Assembly: GCF_964213995.1 (NCBI RefSeq)
Contig: NW_027590160.1
Coordinates: forward strand, 62,001-126,000
DNA length: 64,000 bases
Direction of reading: 5' to 3'
DNA from: Mustelus asterias
Taxonomy: Eukaryota
Shown here: piece by piece, positions 1 to 10,694 of the stretch
Numbering within the stretch: position 1 is the first letter of the stretch
How the letters are laid out: each line of letters begins with the position of its first letter
Made by a program: the position numbers and the translations under genes
The notes under the pieces: model-generated
Database searches by the model: none
The model's input: the letters and a program-made list of their open reading frames with translations, nothing else
Told to the model about the DNA's origin: nothing

Positions 1-19
1 ATGAGGGAGATCCGGACTC

Positions 20-590
20 AGCCCCGCCCCCATTCACTCTGATTGTTGGAGGACCAGCCGCTCCCGCTCGGTCCTCCAGCCCCGCCCCCTTTTCCTTGGT
101 CCGGAACCGCTGTCAATCACTGTCCGGTCATTGTGATGTGGAGCATGCGCAGTGCCGCTGGGAGCTCAGGATTGCGGCGGTGGGAATTTTCAGCGGATCC
201 GACGCCGCCGGGTGGGGAATGAGGGGGGGATGGAGCCGGCGGGTGGGTAATGAGGGGGGGATGGAGCCGGGGGGTGGGTTCGAGGCTTCATAAACACCCC
301 GTGTCGGCCCCAAGCACCGAATACAAAGCTCGGGTGCGGGTTGTGAAGCGGGGAAATCAGCTCCCGCTTTTCCCCGGAACAGACCCAGAATCCCCGCCGC
401 CGTCTTTATCGGGAGCCTCTCCGGCTCGGCGCATGCGCACTGAGGAAGCATCGAGCGAGGCTCCTCCCCTCATTCACTCCGATTGGTTGGAGGACCAGCC
501 GCTCCCGCTCGGTCCTCCAGCCTCGCCGCCTCTTCCTATTGGTCCGGACCTGCTGTCAATCACCCCGGGGCATTGTGAGGTGGGCGGGGA
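20..590 (+). promoter_or_regulatory. CpG-rich ZNF promoter with two copies of the family promoter module
   Basis: GC box (ccccgcccc), inverted CCAAT boxes (gattgg/attgg), NRF1-like gcgcatgcgc at ~428 and a tggaggacc...ggtcctcca inverted repeat. The module recurs upstream of other ZNF loci. Confidence 0.65.
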
Positions 591-679
591 GGATTCACAA
601 ACACCCGCTGGAGGCCCCAACACCCCCAATAAGACCCATTGGTTTTATTGTCAGTCTGCAGACAGGAGCTGGAGAACTG

Positions 680-817
680 TTCACAATAAGAAGTCTCAAC
701 ACCAGGTTAAAGACCAACAGGTTTATTTGGTAGCAAATGCCATAAGCTTTCAGAGCGCTGCTCCTTCGTCAGATGGAGTCTGTGTTCACCCCAGTCCAAC
801 GCCGGCATCTCCACATC
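680..817 (-). mobile_element. Penelope-like element terminal fragment, rearranged, with hammerhead
   Basis: Matches the caacaccaggttaaagtccaacaggtttatttggtagc terminus seen at 6 other sites. TSD agaactg at 673-679 and 818-824. Confidence 0.75.
740..776 (-). ncRNA. Minimal type I hammerhead ribozyme motif
   Basis: Minus strand reads CCAU-CUGACGA-AGGAGCAGCGCUCU-GAAA-GCU-U-AUGG, with stem I CCAU/AUGG. Confidence 0.65.
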
Positions 818-1374
818 AGAACTGAACACAGGCAGAGGAGAGGGAGGGAGAAAACTGGGGGTGGAGGAAAGAAATGGTAGAGATGGGTTTGGATTTCAGC
901 CCAGGGAGGAGGGAGAGTGTGTGGGATGGGGATTTCCAGATTTGGGGGAACAAGAGAGGAAAAAATGTTCCAGAGAAACTAGAATTGTCTGTTCAGAATT
1001 TCTATCCTGGACTGACGGTGATGACTTTTGTAAACTCTTTTTACGGGATCTTAGAAACGATGATTGCAGATGGGAAACTCAAACCAAACTTAAGTTTGAC
1101 AGTCAGTTGGTTCATCATGACCTGAATATCATCACCTTTGAGGTTGAAAGGATAATTGTTCGTTTGTTCTGTCTGAGGGAAAATATTTTAAACATCAGTG
1201 TTACTGGAAAAGCACCAAGAGACACACGCACAGCTGAGTGAGAATGTTCCAGTGAACTGATTGCAGAAAGAGCTTTAACCAGTTCCACAGCCTGATAAAA
1301 CATCACACCATTCACAGTGTGGACGAGCCTTCAACTAATCATCCAACCTGGAGAGACACAAGGACACCGGCACC

Positions 1375-2302
1375 ATGGAACTGTGAGGACTGTGGGAAAG
1401 AATTCAGTTATAGATCCCAGCTGGAATACCATAGACACAGTCACAGTGGGGCCGATGCCTTGGAGAAACCGTGGAAATGTGAGGATTGTGGGAAAGGATT
1501 CAATTACCCATCCCTGTTGGACAACCACTGGCACACTCACACTGGGGAGCGGCCATTCACCTGTTCTGTGTGTGGAAAGGGATTTACTCAGCCAACCGGC
1601 CTCATGTTACACCAGCGCATTCACACTGAGGAGATGCTGTTCAGCTGCACTCACTGTGGAAAAAGGTTCAGGTCTTCATCAGACCTCAGTCAACATCATC
1701 GCGTTCACACTGGGGAGAAACCATTCACCTGCTCCATGTGTGGGAAGGGATTCACAAAGTCCTCCAACCTGGTGACACACCAGCAAATTCACTCTGAGGA
1801 GAAGCCGTTCAGCTGCACTTTCTGTGGAAAGAGGTTCAGGTATTCACACAGCCTCGAAGAACACCAGCGAATTCACACTGGGGAGAAGCCTTTCACCTGT
1901 TCAGTCTGTGGACAGGGATTCACTCAGTCATCCAGTCTGGTGAATCATCAGCGAGTTCACACTGGGGAGAGGCCATTCAGCTGCACCTCCTGTGGGAAGA
2001 GTTTCAAGCAGGCATATGCCCTCATTGAACACCAGTGAGTTCACACTGGGGAGAGACCATTCACCTGCTCGGTGTGTGGGAAGGGATTCACTGTGTCATC
2101 CAGCCTCAAGGCATACCAGCAAATTCACGCTGAGGACAAGCCATTCAGCTGCTCTGACTGTGGGAAGAGTTTCAGGACTTCATCTGCTCTCTTTGTACAC
2201 CAGCGAGTTCACACTGGGGAGAGACCATTTGCCTGCTCTGTGTGTGGGAAGGGATTCACTCGGTCCTGCAACCTCGTGACACATGAGTGAATCCATATGT
2301 GA
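1375..2302 (+). pseudogene. C2H2 ZNF locus 1, ~11 finger units, probably pseudogenised
   Basis: ORF 1319-2038 has TGEKPF linkers. The family ATG (1375) is out of frame after collapse of the ccatggagaaaccatgga repeat. In-frame TGA at 2036 and 2288 replace HQR Arg codons. Confidence 0.75.
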
Positions 2303-2479
2303 CTGAGAGATTGGATTCAGCTGTTTCTGCTAATGTTCATTACATCCAGGATTGATAGTTGGACAATTTTAAGTTTGTTCCTGTTGATATTAACAACCCT
2401 ATAACTGGCTGAAGTTTAATATTCTGTAGATGTCACTGACCTTCGAGGCTACAGTGTCCCTTTTTAAAGGCACCAACAG

Positions 2480-2560
2480 GACGGGGTGCACCTGAACCAG
2501 AGGGGCACCAATATCCTGGGAGGGAAATTTGCTACGGCTCTTCAGGGGGATTTAAACTAA
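2480..2560 (+). CDS. CR1 ORF1 C-terminus (SGNH esterase DxxH motif)
   Basis: Translates DGVHLNQRGTNILGGKFATALQGDLN*. Confidence 0.8.
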   Translation, partial: DGVHLNQRGTNILGGKFATALQGDLN

Positions 2561-5458
2561 TTTGTCAGGGGAGTGGGAAAAGGAGTTGTAGTCCAGAAGT
2601 CAGTGTTGAGGGTGGTGAGGTATTGGGGAAGGTATCAAGGTCAAGGGTGGGTACCGGTAGACAGGAAGATGGGTTGAAGTGTGTCTACTTCAATGCAAGG
2701 AGCATCCGGAACAAGGTGGATGAACTTGGGGCGTGGATTGCTACTTGGGACTACGATGTTGTGGCCATTACGGAGACGTGGGTAGAACAAGGACAGGAAT
2801 GGTTGTTGGACGTTCCGGGGTATAGATGTTTCAGTAAGTGTAGGGAAGCTGGTAAAAGAGGTGGAGGAGTAGCATTGTTAATCAAGGATAGTTTAACGGC
2901 TGCGGAAAAGCACTTTGAGGGGGATATGCACACTGAGGTAATATGGGCTGCAGTTAGAAACAGGAAAGGAGCGGTCACGTTGCTAGGAGTTTACTATCGG
3001 CCCCCAAATAGTAATAGAGATGTGGAGGAAGAAATTGCTAAGCAGATTATGGATACGTGTGGGGGTCACAGGGTAGTTGTCATGGGGGACTTTAACTTTC
3101 CAAATATTGATTGGAACCTTTGTAGGTCAAATAGTTTGGATGGGGCACTTTTTGTGCAGTGTGTGCAGGAGGGTTTCCTGACACAATATGTGGATAGGCC
3201 GACAAGGGGTGAGGCCACATTGGATTTGGTACTGGGAAATGAACCGGGCCAAGTGTTAGATTTGGTTGTGGGAGAGAACTTTGGAGATAGTGACCACAAT
3301 TCGGTGTCTTTTGTTATTGCAATGGAGAGGGATAGGGCCGGACGGCAGGGCAAGGCTTACAATTGGGGGAGAGGTAATTATGATGTGATTAGGCAAGAAT
3401 TAGGGGGGCATAAGATGGGAACAGAAACTGTCAGGGAAAGGCACTGATGAAAAGTGGAACTTTTTCAAGGAACAAATACTGGGTGTCCTTGATAGGTATG
3501 TCCCTGTCAGGCAGGGAGGAAATGGCCGAGTGAGGGAACCGTGGTTCACAAAAGAGGTGGAATGTCTTGTGAAAAGGAAGAGGGAAGCTTATGTAGGGAT
3601 GAGGAAACAAGGTTCAGATGGCTCGACTGAGGGTTACAAGTTAGCAAGGAACGAGCTGAAAAAGGGGCTGAGGAGAGCTAGGAGGGGACATGAGAAGTCC
3701 TTGGCGGGTCGGATCAAGGAAAACCCCAAGGCTTTTTACTCTTATGTGAGGAATAAAAGAATGACCAGGGTGAGGTTAGGGCCGGTCAAGGACAGTGGTG
3801 GGAACTTGTGTATGGAATCAGTAGAGATAGGCGAGGTGATGAATGAATACTTTTCTTCAGTGTTCACCAAGGAGAGGGGCCATGTTTTTCAGGAAGAGAA
3901 GGTGTTACAGGCTAATAGGCTGGAGGAAATAGATGTTCGGAGGGAGGATGTATTGGCAGTTTTGAATAAACTGAAGGTCGATAAGTCCCCTGGGCCTGAT
4001 GAAATGTATCCTAGGATTCTTTGGGAGGCGAGGGATGAGATTGCAGAGCCTTTGGCTTTGATCTTTGGGTCCTCACTGTCCACGGGGATGGTGCCAGAGG
4101 ACTGGAGAGTGGCAAATGTTGTTCCTCTGTTTAAGAAAGGGAATAGAAATGACCCTGGTAATTATAGACCGGTTAGTCTGACTTCGGTGGTTGGTAAATT
4201 GATGGAAAAGGTCCTTAGGAATGGGATTTACGACCATTTAGAAAGATGCGGATTAATCCGGGATAGTCAGCACGGATTTGTGAAGGGCAAATCGTGCCTC
4301 ACAAATTTGATAGAATTTTTTGAGGAGGTAACTAGGTGTGTTGATGAAGGTAGGGCGGTTGATGTCATATACATGGATTTTAGTAAGGCGTTTGATAAGG
4401 TCCCCCATGGTCGGCTTATGATGAAAGTAAGGAGGTGTGGGATAGAGGGAAAGTTGGCCGATTGGATAGGTAACTGGCTGTCTGATCGAAGACAGAGGGT
4501 GGTGGTGGATGGAAAATTTTCGGACTGGAGGCAGGTTGCTAGCGGAGTGCCGCAGGGATCGGTGCTTGGTCCTCTGCTCTTTGTGATTTTTATTAATGAC
4601 TTAGAGGAGGGGGCTGAAGAGTGGATCAGTAAATTTGCTGATGACACCAAGATTGGTGGAGTAGTGGATGAGGTGGAGGGGTGTTGTAGGCTGCAAAGAG
4701 ACATAGATAGGATGCAAAGCTGGGCTGAAAAATGGCAAATGGAGTTTAACCCTGATAAATGTGAGGTGATTCATTTTGGTAGGACTAATTTAAATGTGGA
4801 TTACAGGGTCAAAGGTAGGGTTCTGAAGACTGTGGAGGAACAGAGAGATCTTGGGGTCCATATCCACAGATCTCTAAAGGTTGCCACTCAAGTGGATAGA
4901 GCTGTGAAGAAGGCATATAGTGTGTTAGCTTTTATTAACAGGGGGTTGGAGTTTAAGAGCCGTGGGGTTATGCTGCAACTGTACAGGACCTTGGTGAGAC
5001 CGCATTTGGAATATTGCGTGCAGTTCTGGTCACCTCACTATAAGAAGGATGTGGAAGCGCTGGAAAGAGTGCAGAGGAGATTTACCAGGATGCTGCCTGG
5101 TTTGGAGGGTCGGTCTTATGAGGAAAGGTTGAGGGAGCTGGGGCTGTTCTCTCTGGAGCGGAGGAGATTGAGGGGAGACTTAATAGAGGTTTATAAAATG
5201 ATGAAGGGGATAGATCGAGTGAACGTTCAAAGACTATTTCCTCGGGTGGATGGAGCTATTACGAGGGGGCATAACTATAGGGTTCATGGTGGGAGATATA
5301 GGAAGGATATCAGAGGTAGGTTCTTCACGCAGAGAGTGGTTGGGGTGTGGAATGGACTGCCTGCAGTGATGGTGGAGTCAGACACTTTAGGAACATTTAA
5401 GCGGTTATTGGATAGGCACATGGAGCACACCAGGATGGTAGGGAGTGGGATAGCTTGA
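2551..5458 (+). CDS. CR1 ORF2: APE endonuclease plus reverse transcriptase, frameshifted near the G-run at ~3403
   Basis: APE motifs YFNARSIRNK, ITETW, GDFNFP and SDH in 2623-3447. RT motifs [25 protein letters not shown] and FADD in 3530-5458. Confidence 0.9.
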
Positions 5459-5699
5459 TCTTGGTTTCAGATGAAGGTCGGCACAACATCGTGGGCCGAA
5501 GGGCCTGTTCTGTGCTGTACTGTTCTATGTTCTATGTTCATCTGTGATCTTTCAGCTGAATTCAAGAACTCTCAACGGAAATTTGGTTGCAATAAGACTG
5601 AACTTTTTACTTCAATCCTAAATTGATCTTTGATGCAAAATCTACAATTCATTGTCTCCCAAGAATATGGGTTCTCATCAAGTGGAGGTGACTTTGCCA

Positions 5700-5870
5700 G
5701 CTTGGGTACATTCACAGGATAGAGGATGGTCACTCCAGCGGCTCAGCAACAAGAGCCAACATCGAAAACAACAACCCACAACCAGACCTGAGAACCACTT
5801 CATATGTGGCACTTGAAGCAGAACCACCTCTCACAGATTGGTCTCTGCAGCCAACAGTATCAGTGAACCA
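5700..5870 (+). mobile_element. Possible RTE-clade LINE 3' remnant
   Basis: Degenerate FICGT*SRT..QIGL.S resembles the Cys/His C-terminus of RTE ORFs. Confidence 0.35.
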
Positions 5871-6505
5871 GGGAGTGGGTGGGCCTTGAGGGTGCCAGTG
5901 ACCAGGAGAGAAAACAATCTTCTTGATTTTGCACAGAGGGGCAAGAGAACTGAAGCCAGACAGACTGGAGGGAGGGAGGAAACAGGGAGTGGAGGACAGA
6001 AATGGTGGAGATGGTGAGATGGGTTTGGATTTCGGCCCAGGGAGGAGGGAGTGTGTGTGAGACGGGGATTTACAGATTTGGGGGAACAAGAGAGTAAAGA
6101 ATGTTCCAGAGAAATTAGAATTGTCTGATATGAATTTCTATCCTGGACTGACCCGTGATTAATTTTGTCAACTCTTTTTACAGATCTTACAAGGGAAAGA
6201 TTTTTAGATGCAAAACTCAAAACGAACATTTTGGTTTAACTCAATTATTCATCAACCTTTCAATGTGGAAGGAGAAATGTTTATCTGTGGAAAATATTTT
6301 AAACATCAGTGCAACTGGAGAAACACCGAGACACACACACCCGGGTGAGAGTGTTCCAGTGAACTGATTGCGGAAAGAGCTTTAACCAGTTACACATCCT
6401 GAAAAAAACATCACACCATTAACAGTGGGGAGCAAACACGTGTTCTGTATGTGGACGAGGCTTCAACTGATCTCTAGGCTGGAGAGACAGGAAGAGACCC
6501 AGACC

Positions 6506-7306
6506 ATGGAGAAACCTTGGAAATGTGGGGACTGTGGGAAGGGATTCAAGTCTTCTTTCCGGCTGGAAATCCATCGACGCAGTCACACCGGGGAGAAGCC
6601 ATTCGTCTGTTCTGTGTGTGGGAAGGGATTTACCAAGACAACCTACCTGATGTTACACCAGAGAATTCACACTGAGGAGAGGCCCTTCAGCTGCACTTAC
6701 TGTGGGAAGAAGTTCAACAGCACATCCAGCCTCGCTACACACCAGCGGATTCACACTGGGGTGAAGCCGTTCACCTGCTCTGTGTGCAGTGAGAGATTCA
6801 CTCGGTCATCCGGCCTTTGGACACATCAGCGAATTCACACCGAGGAGAAACCGTTCAGCTGCACATCCTGTGGAAAGAGTTTTGGACAGTCATCCACCCT
6901 GACTGCTCACCAACGCACTCACACCGGGGAGAGACCATTCAGCTGCTCCATGTGTGGGAAGAAATTCTCCCAGTCATTCGATCTGGTGAGACACCAGCGA
7001 CTTCACACCGGGGAGAGACCGTTCACCTGCTCGGTGTGTGGGAAGGGATTCGCTCAGTTATTCACACTCCAGTCCCACCACCGCACTCACACGCAGGAGA
7101 ATCCATTCAGCTGCAGTACCTGTGGAAAGAGTTTCAACCAGTCATCCAACCTTCTGACTCACCAACGCACTCACTCTGGGGAGAGGCCTTTCACCTGCTC
7201 CTTGTGTGGAAAGGCATTCACAAGGTCCTCCAGCCTGCTGAGACACCAGCAAATTCATAATAGACTGAAAGGATTGGATTCTGCTTTTAATCACAGCGAG
7301 GATTGA
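6506..7306 (+). CDS. C2H2 ZNF locus 2, 9 fingers, intact
   Basis: MEKPWKC start and 9 CxxC-12-HxxxH units. Splice acceptor ctttttacag ends at 6183. Confidence 0.88.
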   Translation: MEKPWKCGDCGKGFKSSFRLEIHRRSHTGEKPFVCSVCGKGFTKTTYLMLHQRIHTEERPFSCTYCGKKFNSTSSLATHQRIHTGVKPFTCSVCSERFTRSSGLWTHQRIHTEEKPFSCTSCGKSFGQSSTLTAHQRTHTGERPFSCSMCGKKFSQSFDLVRHQRLHTGERPFTCSVCGKGFAQLFTLQSHHRTHTQENPFSCSTCGKSFNQSSNLLTHQRTHSGERPFTCSLCGKAFTRSSSLLRHQQIHNRLKGLDSAFNHSED

Positions 7307-7383
7307 TAGTCTGACAATATTAGTTCGATTTTCCTGATTAACATCCCTATAACTGGCTGGAGTTTAATATTCTGGAGATGTCA

Positions 7384-7712
7384 TAGAAACATAGAAACCC
7401 TACAGTGCAGAAGGAGGCCATTCGGCCCATCGAGTCTGCACCGACCACAATCCCACCCAGGCCCTACCCCCACATATTTTACCCGCTAATCCCTCTAACC
7501 TACACATCCCAGGACTCTAAGGGACAATTTTTAACCTGGCCAATCAACCTAACCCGCACATCTTTGGACTGTGGGAGGAAACCGGAGCACCCGGAGGAAA
7601 CCCACGCAGACACGAGGAGAATGTGCAAACTCCACACAGACAGTGACCCGAGCCGGGAATTGAACCCGGGACCCTGGAGCTGTGAAGCAGCAGTGCTAAC
7701 CACTGTGCTACC
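7384..7712 (-). mobile_element. HE1-type tRNA-derived V-SINE, near full length
   Basis: tRNA-like head (gggttcaattccc), V-domain gtgggtttcctccgggtgctccggtttcctccca and CR1-like tail. TSD gatgtca at 7377-7383 and 7713-7719. Confidence 0.9.
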
Positions 7713-8454
7713 GATGTCACTGATTTTCAGGACTGCAATGTCCCTTTTTAAAAACACCTTGTGTGATCTTCCACCTTAATTCTAGAATCCTCAACAGAAC
7801 CTGTTTAAACTAAAATTATGAACTTTACCTCAATCCTAAATTAATCTTTGATGCAAATCAGTGTGTGAATGATTCCTGATTAACATCCCCTATTGGAAAG
7901 TGCTGATTAATCCTTGCTGACAATTCTGAGTGACGTCTTCTCAATGACACCTCCATTATGAAGGAACCTAAACAAAATTCCATGAATTCCAATGAAAGGT
8001 TATACAGACACAGTAAACATTTACATAAAAACTTTAACAATCAGCATTGATATTGATGAAACTTGGAAGTTGCTGAGTTCAATCATTTCTGACACAGCAG
8101 CAGCAACATTTGGTAAAGGTGGAACCCACAACAAAGACCGGTTTGAGACCCACTCAGCAGAGATGACACCTGTCATTGAAGCAAAAAAAAGCCAACCTGA
8201 TGGACAACATAAACCCAACAGCTGGAACATTGCATCAGTTGAAAGAAGTGTTGAAACAGGGAGATACGCGGCTAATAAACACCGGACAATCCGACACCAA
8301 TAATTCCAAACTGCCTGTGATAATGAACATCTCTGTTGTGTTTGATGGGATCAAGAAAGTGGTGCTACCAGCACCAAACTTGGCCCCCTGAAATTGGCAG
8401 ATGGTGATGTTTTCATCGACAGAAGTCCCGCTGGTTTGAAGTTTAAAGTTTTAA

Positions 8455-8713
8455 AATTTATTTATTGTCACAAATAGGCTTACGTTAACACTGCAACGAA
8501 GTTACTGTGAAAATACCCAAGGCGCCACATTCCGGCACCTGTTCGGGTGCACTGAGCGAGAATTTCAAATTGTGGGAGGAAACCGGAGCACCCAGAGGAA
8601 ATCCATGCAGACATAGGGCGAACATGCAGACTCCGCACAGCCAGTGATCCAAGCCGGGAATCAAACCTCAGTCCCTGCGCTGTGAGGCAGCAGTGTTAAC
8701 CACTGTGCCACCG
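8455..8713 (-). mobile_element. V-SINE with an alternative tail
   Basis: tRNA head and V-domain on the minus strand. The tail is shared with 32822-33000. Confidence 0.7.
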
Positions 8714-8793
8714 GGCCTGTGAACTATACTGAGACACAGACATCACACAGTCTCTGTTTGATTCTCCTGCAGTTTCCTGTCATGGTTGAGTTC

Positions 8794-8943
8794 TGATGTG
8801 GAGATGCCGGCGTTGGACTGGGGTAAACACAGTAAGAGTTTTAACAACACCAGGTTAAAGTCCAACAGGTTTATTTGATAGCTAATGGCATTTGCTAACA
8901 AATAAACCTGTTGGACTTTAACCTGGTGTTGTTAAAACTCTTA
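8794..8943. mobile_element. Palindromic Penelope terminal fragment
   Basis: ~46-bp inverted arms at 8832-8877 and 8899-8944. 13-bp TSD catggttgagttc at 8781-8793 and 8944-8956. Confidence 0.8.
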
Positions 8944-10384
8944 CATGGTTGAGTTCAACAAGGAACCCTCAACATTTGAGCTGGAAAAGGCCATTGATTG
9001 CTGAGCAAGTAGAAAGGCTCCCAGCAAGGATGGAATTCCAGCTGAACTGCTCAAACACAAAGTCCCATCCACTGCCACATCTTCACAACCTCCTCCTCTT
9101 TTGGGGTGTGAGACTGGTTCACAGGAGATATGTGACATGAAAATTTTCACAATATACAGAAACAGCAGTGATAGAGATTGCAACAACTACAGGGACATCT
9201 CACTCCTTAGCATCACTGGGAAGGCCTTCGCAAGGGTCATGTTTAAAAGACTCCAGCTACTTGCAGACTGAGTGTATCCAGAAGCACAGTGCGGTTTCTG
9301 TGCTGACAGATCTGCAGCGAACATGATCTTCTCCACACACCAGTGACAAGAGAAGTGAACAATTGGTATTGAATCTAAAATGCTGCCAGCTCCTGTGCTG
9401 AGAAAAGTGAAATGTTCTAATTACTGAGTGAAAGTGAACCTGAAAGTGAATCACAATTTACTTGTACAATTGGAAAAGGTGCGAAAATGTTTGATTCCCT
9501 GAAAATCAACTTCAGCTTTGAAGTTTTGTCTCGAAACTCACAAGCTGTGAGAGGGTCCACCCTCTTTAACTCTTTCGTCTAAGAAGGTTGAAGAGGTACC
9601 TTTTTTGGTTTATTTTTTCTTGAGTTATACCAGTTATTTGGAAAGACACTTGAAGAAAAACAAAAAAAACATTTGGGCAAAATAAGATCGAAATGGTGAT
9701 AGGTTCATTTTTGACCTGAGAATCAAATTGACACAATTGTGCATACTTGTGAGCATTTGCTTCACCCTTTTACGATCAGGCAGCACGGTGACAATTTAAT
9801 CCAAAGATTCTGTTTTTGAAGATTTTATTTCATCTGATTTGTTGTCATTTAAGACAGAATTCCTGGGAACGGGAGATTTGAGTGTTCCCCCCCCCCCCAA
9901 ACTGATACATCTGTCTCTGATCTCAATTACACCATTGTGTGAGAGTCTAACTGGACAGTAAAGTTTCCGCAGTCTCCTGAAACAGACAGAATGGGAAGCC
10001 CCATTTGGAATCAAAGATGGAAAAAATTCACACCAGCGATTGGGATTTGGAATAATTCACTCTGGGACTCGTTCAATGGAACAGACGAACTGGATATCCA
10101 CGTACATTCTAGTGAAGTTAGGAAAGTGGAGATGAGACAAGTAATAGTTTTCCCTTGGAGATGTTTGTATTCTTGCTTGTGAACTTAAAATCAAAACTGA
10201 ATCTGATAATCTGGCCACTACCTGAAGGAAGAAACTATTGGAACCAAAGAGAGAGATAAGCAAACATCTTCATAGAGAGACCACCTTAATATCACTTGAA
10301 AATTTGAGTGACTGTCTTAGACAGCACATGGACCCATTATTTTGGGATACCGGTGTGAGTGTGCAGATGTGATATGTTTCTCGG

Positions 10385-10685
10385 ACCGGGGACACAGATT
10401 CAAGATAAGTGGCAGTAGGTGTAGAGGGGACATGAGAAAAAACTTTTTTATGCAGAGGGTGGTGGGTGACTGGAATTTGCTGCCTGAGGTGGTGGTGGAG
10501 GCAGAGACCCTAAACTCTTTCAAAATGTACCTGGATCTGCACCTTAAGTGCTGCCAGCTACTGAGCTATTGGCCGGGTGCAGGAGGTGGGATTAGAAAGG
10601 GCAACGGGGTGTCCTCGGGCTGGCATGGACAAGATGGGCCAAATGACCTCCTTTTGTGCTATAACTTTTCTATGGTTCTATGTGG
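10385..10685 (+). mobile_element. CR1 3' fragment
   Basis: RGHRFK..MRKNFFMQRVVGDWNLLPE and a ttctatg tail. Confidence 0.8.
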
Positions 10686-10694
10686 TGTAACTAA

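Larger units (their letters stand above)
2475..5539 (+). mobile_element. Young 5'-truncated CR1 LINE: end of ORF1 plus full ORF2 with one frameshift
   Basis: ORF1 esterase tail, APE and RT (FADD) domains, and a (tgttcta)n tail at ~5521-5539. The flanks join up as in the paralogous 3' region at ~7740-7800. Confidence 0.95.
7900..9360 (+). mobile_element. Degenerate RTE-clade LINE, interrupted by a SINE and a Penelope piece
   Basis: 9184-9335 reads NYRDISLLSITGKAFARVM...PEAQCGF...MIF, an RTE-type RT motif set. Confidence 0.65.

Noticed and set aside
3395-3450. Programmed frameshift between CR1 APE and RT
   Set aside because: CR1 ORF2 is normally continuous; the break lies at a G homopolymer and is most likely an indel or sequencing error.
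6359-6362. Selenocysteine or readthrough at the TGA replacing a finger Cys in loci 1, 2 and 4
   Set aside because: The surrounding leader has other stops and frameshifts and no SECIS was recognised; a shared ancestral mutation is simpler.
7650-7712. tRNA-like A/B boxes (also at 22265, 41715, 55830, 60715)
   Set aside because: Heads of V-SINEs, continuous with the V-domain and LINE-like tail; not tRNA genes.
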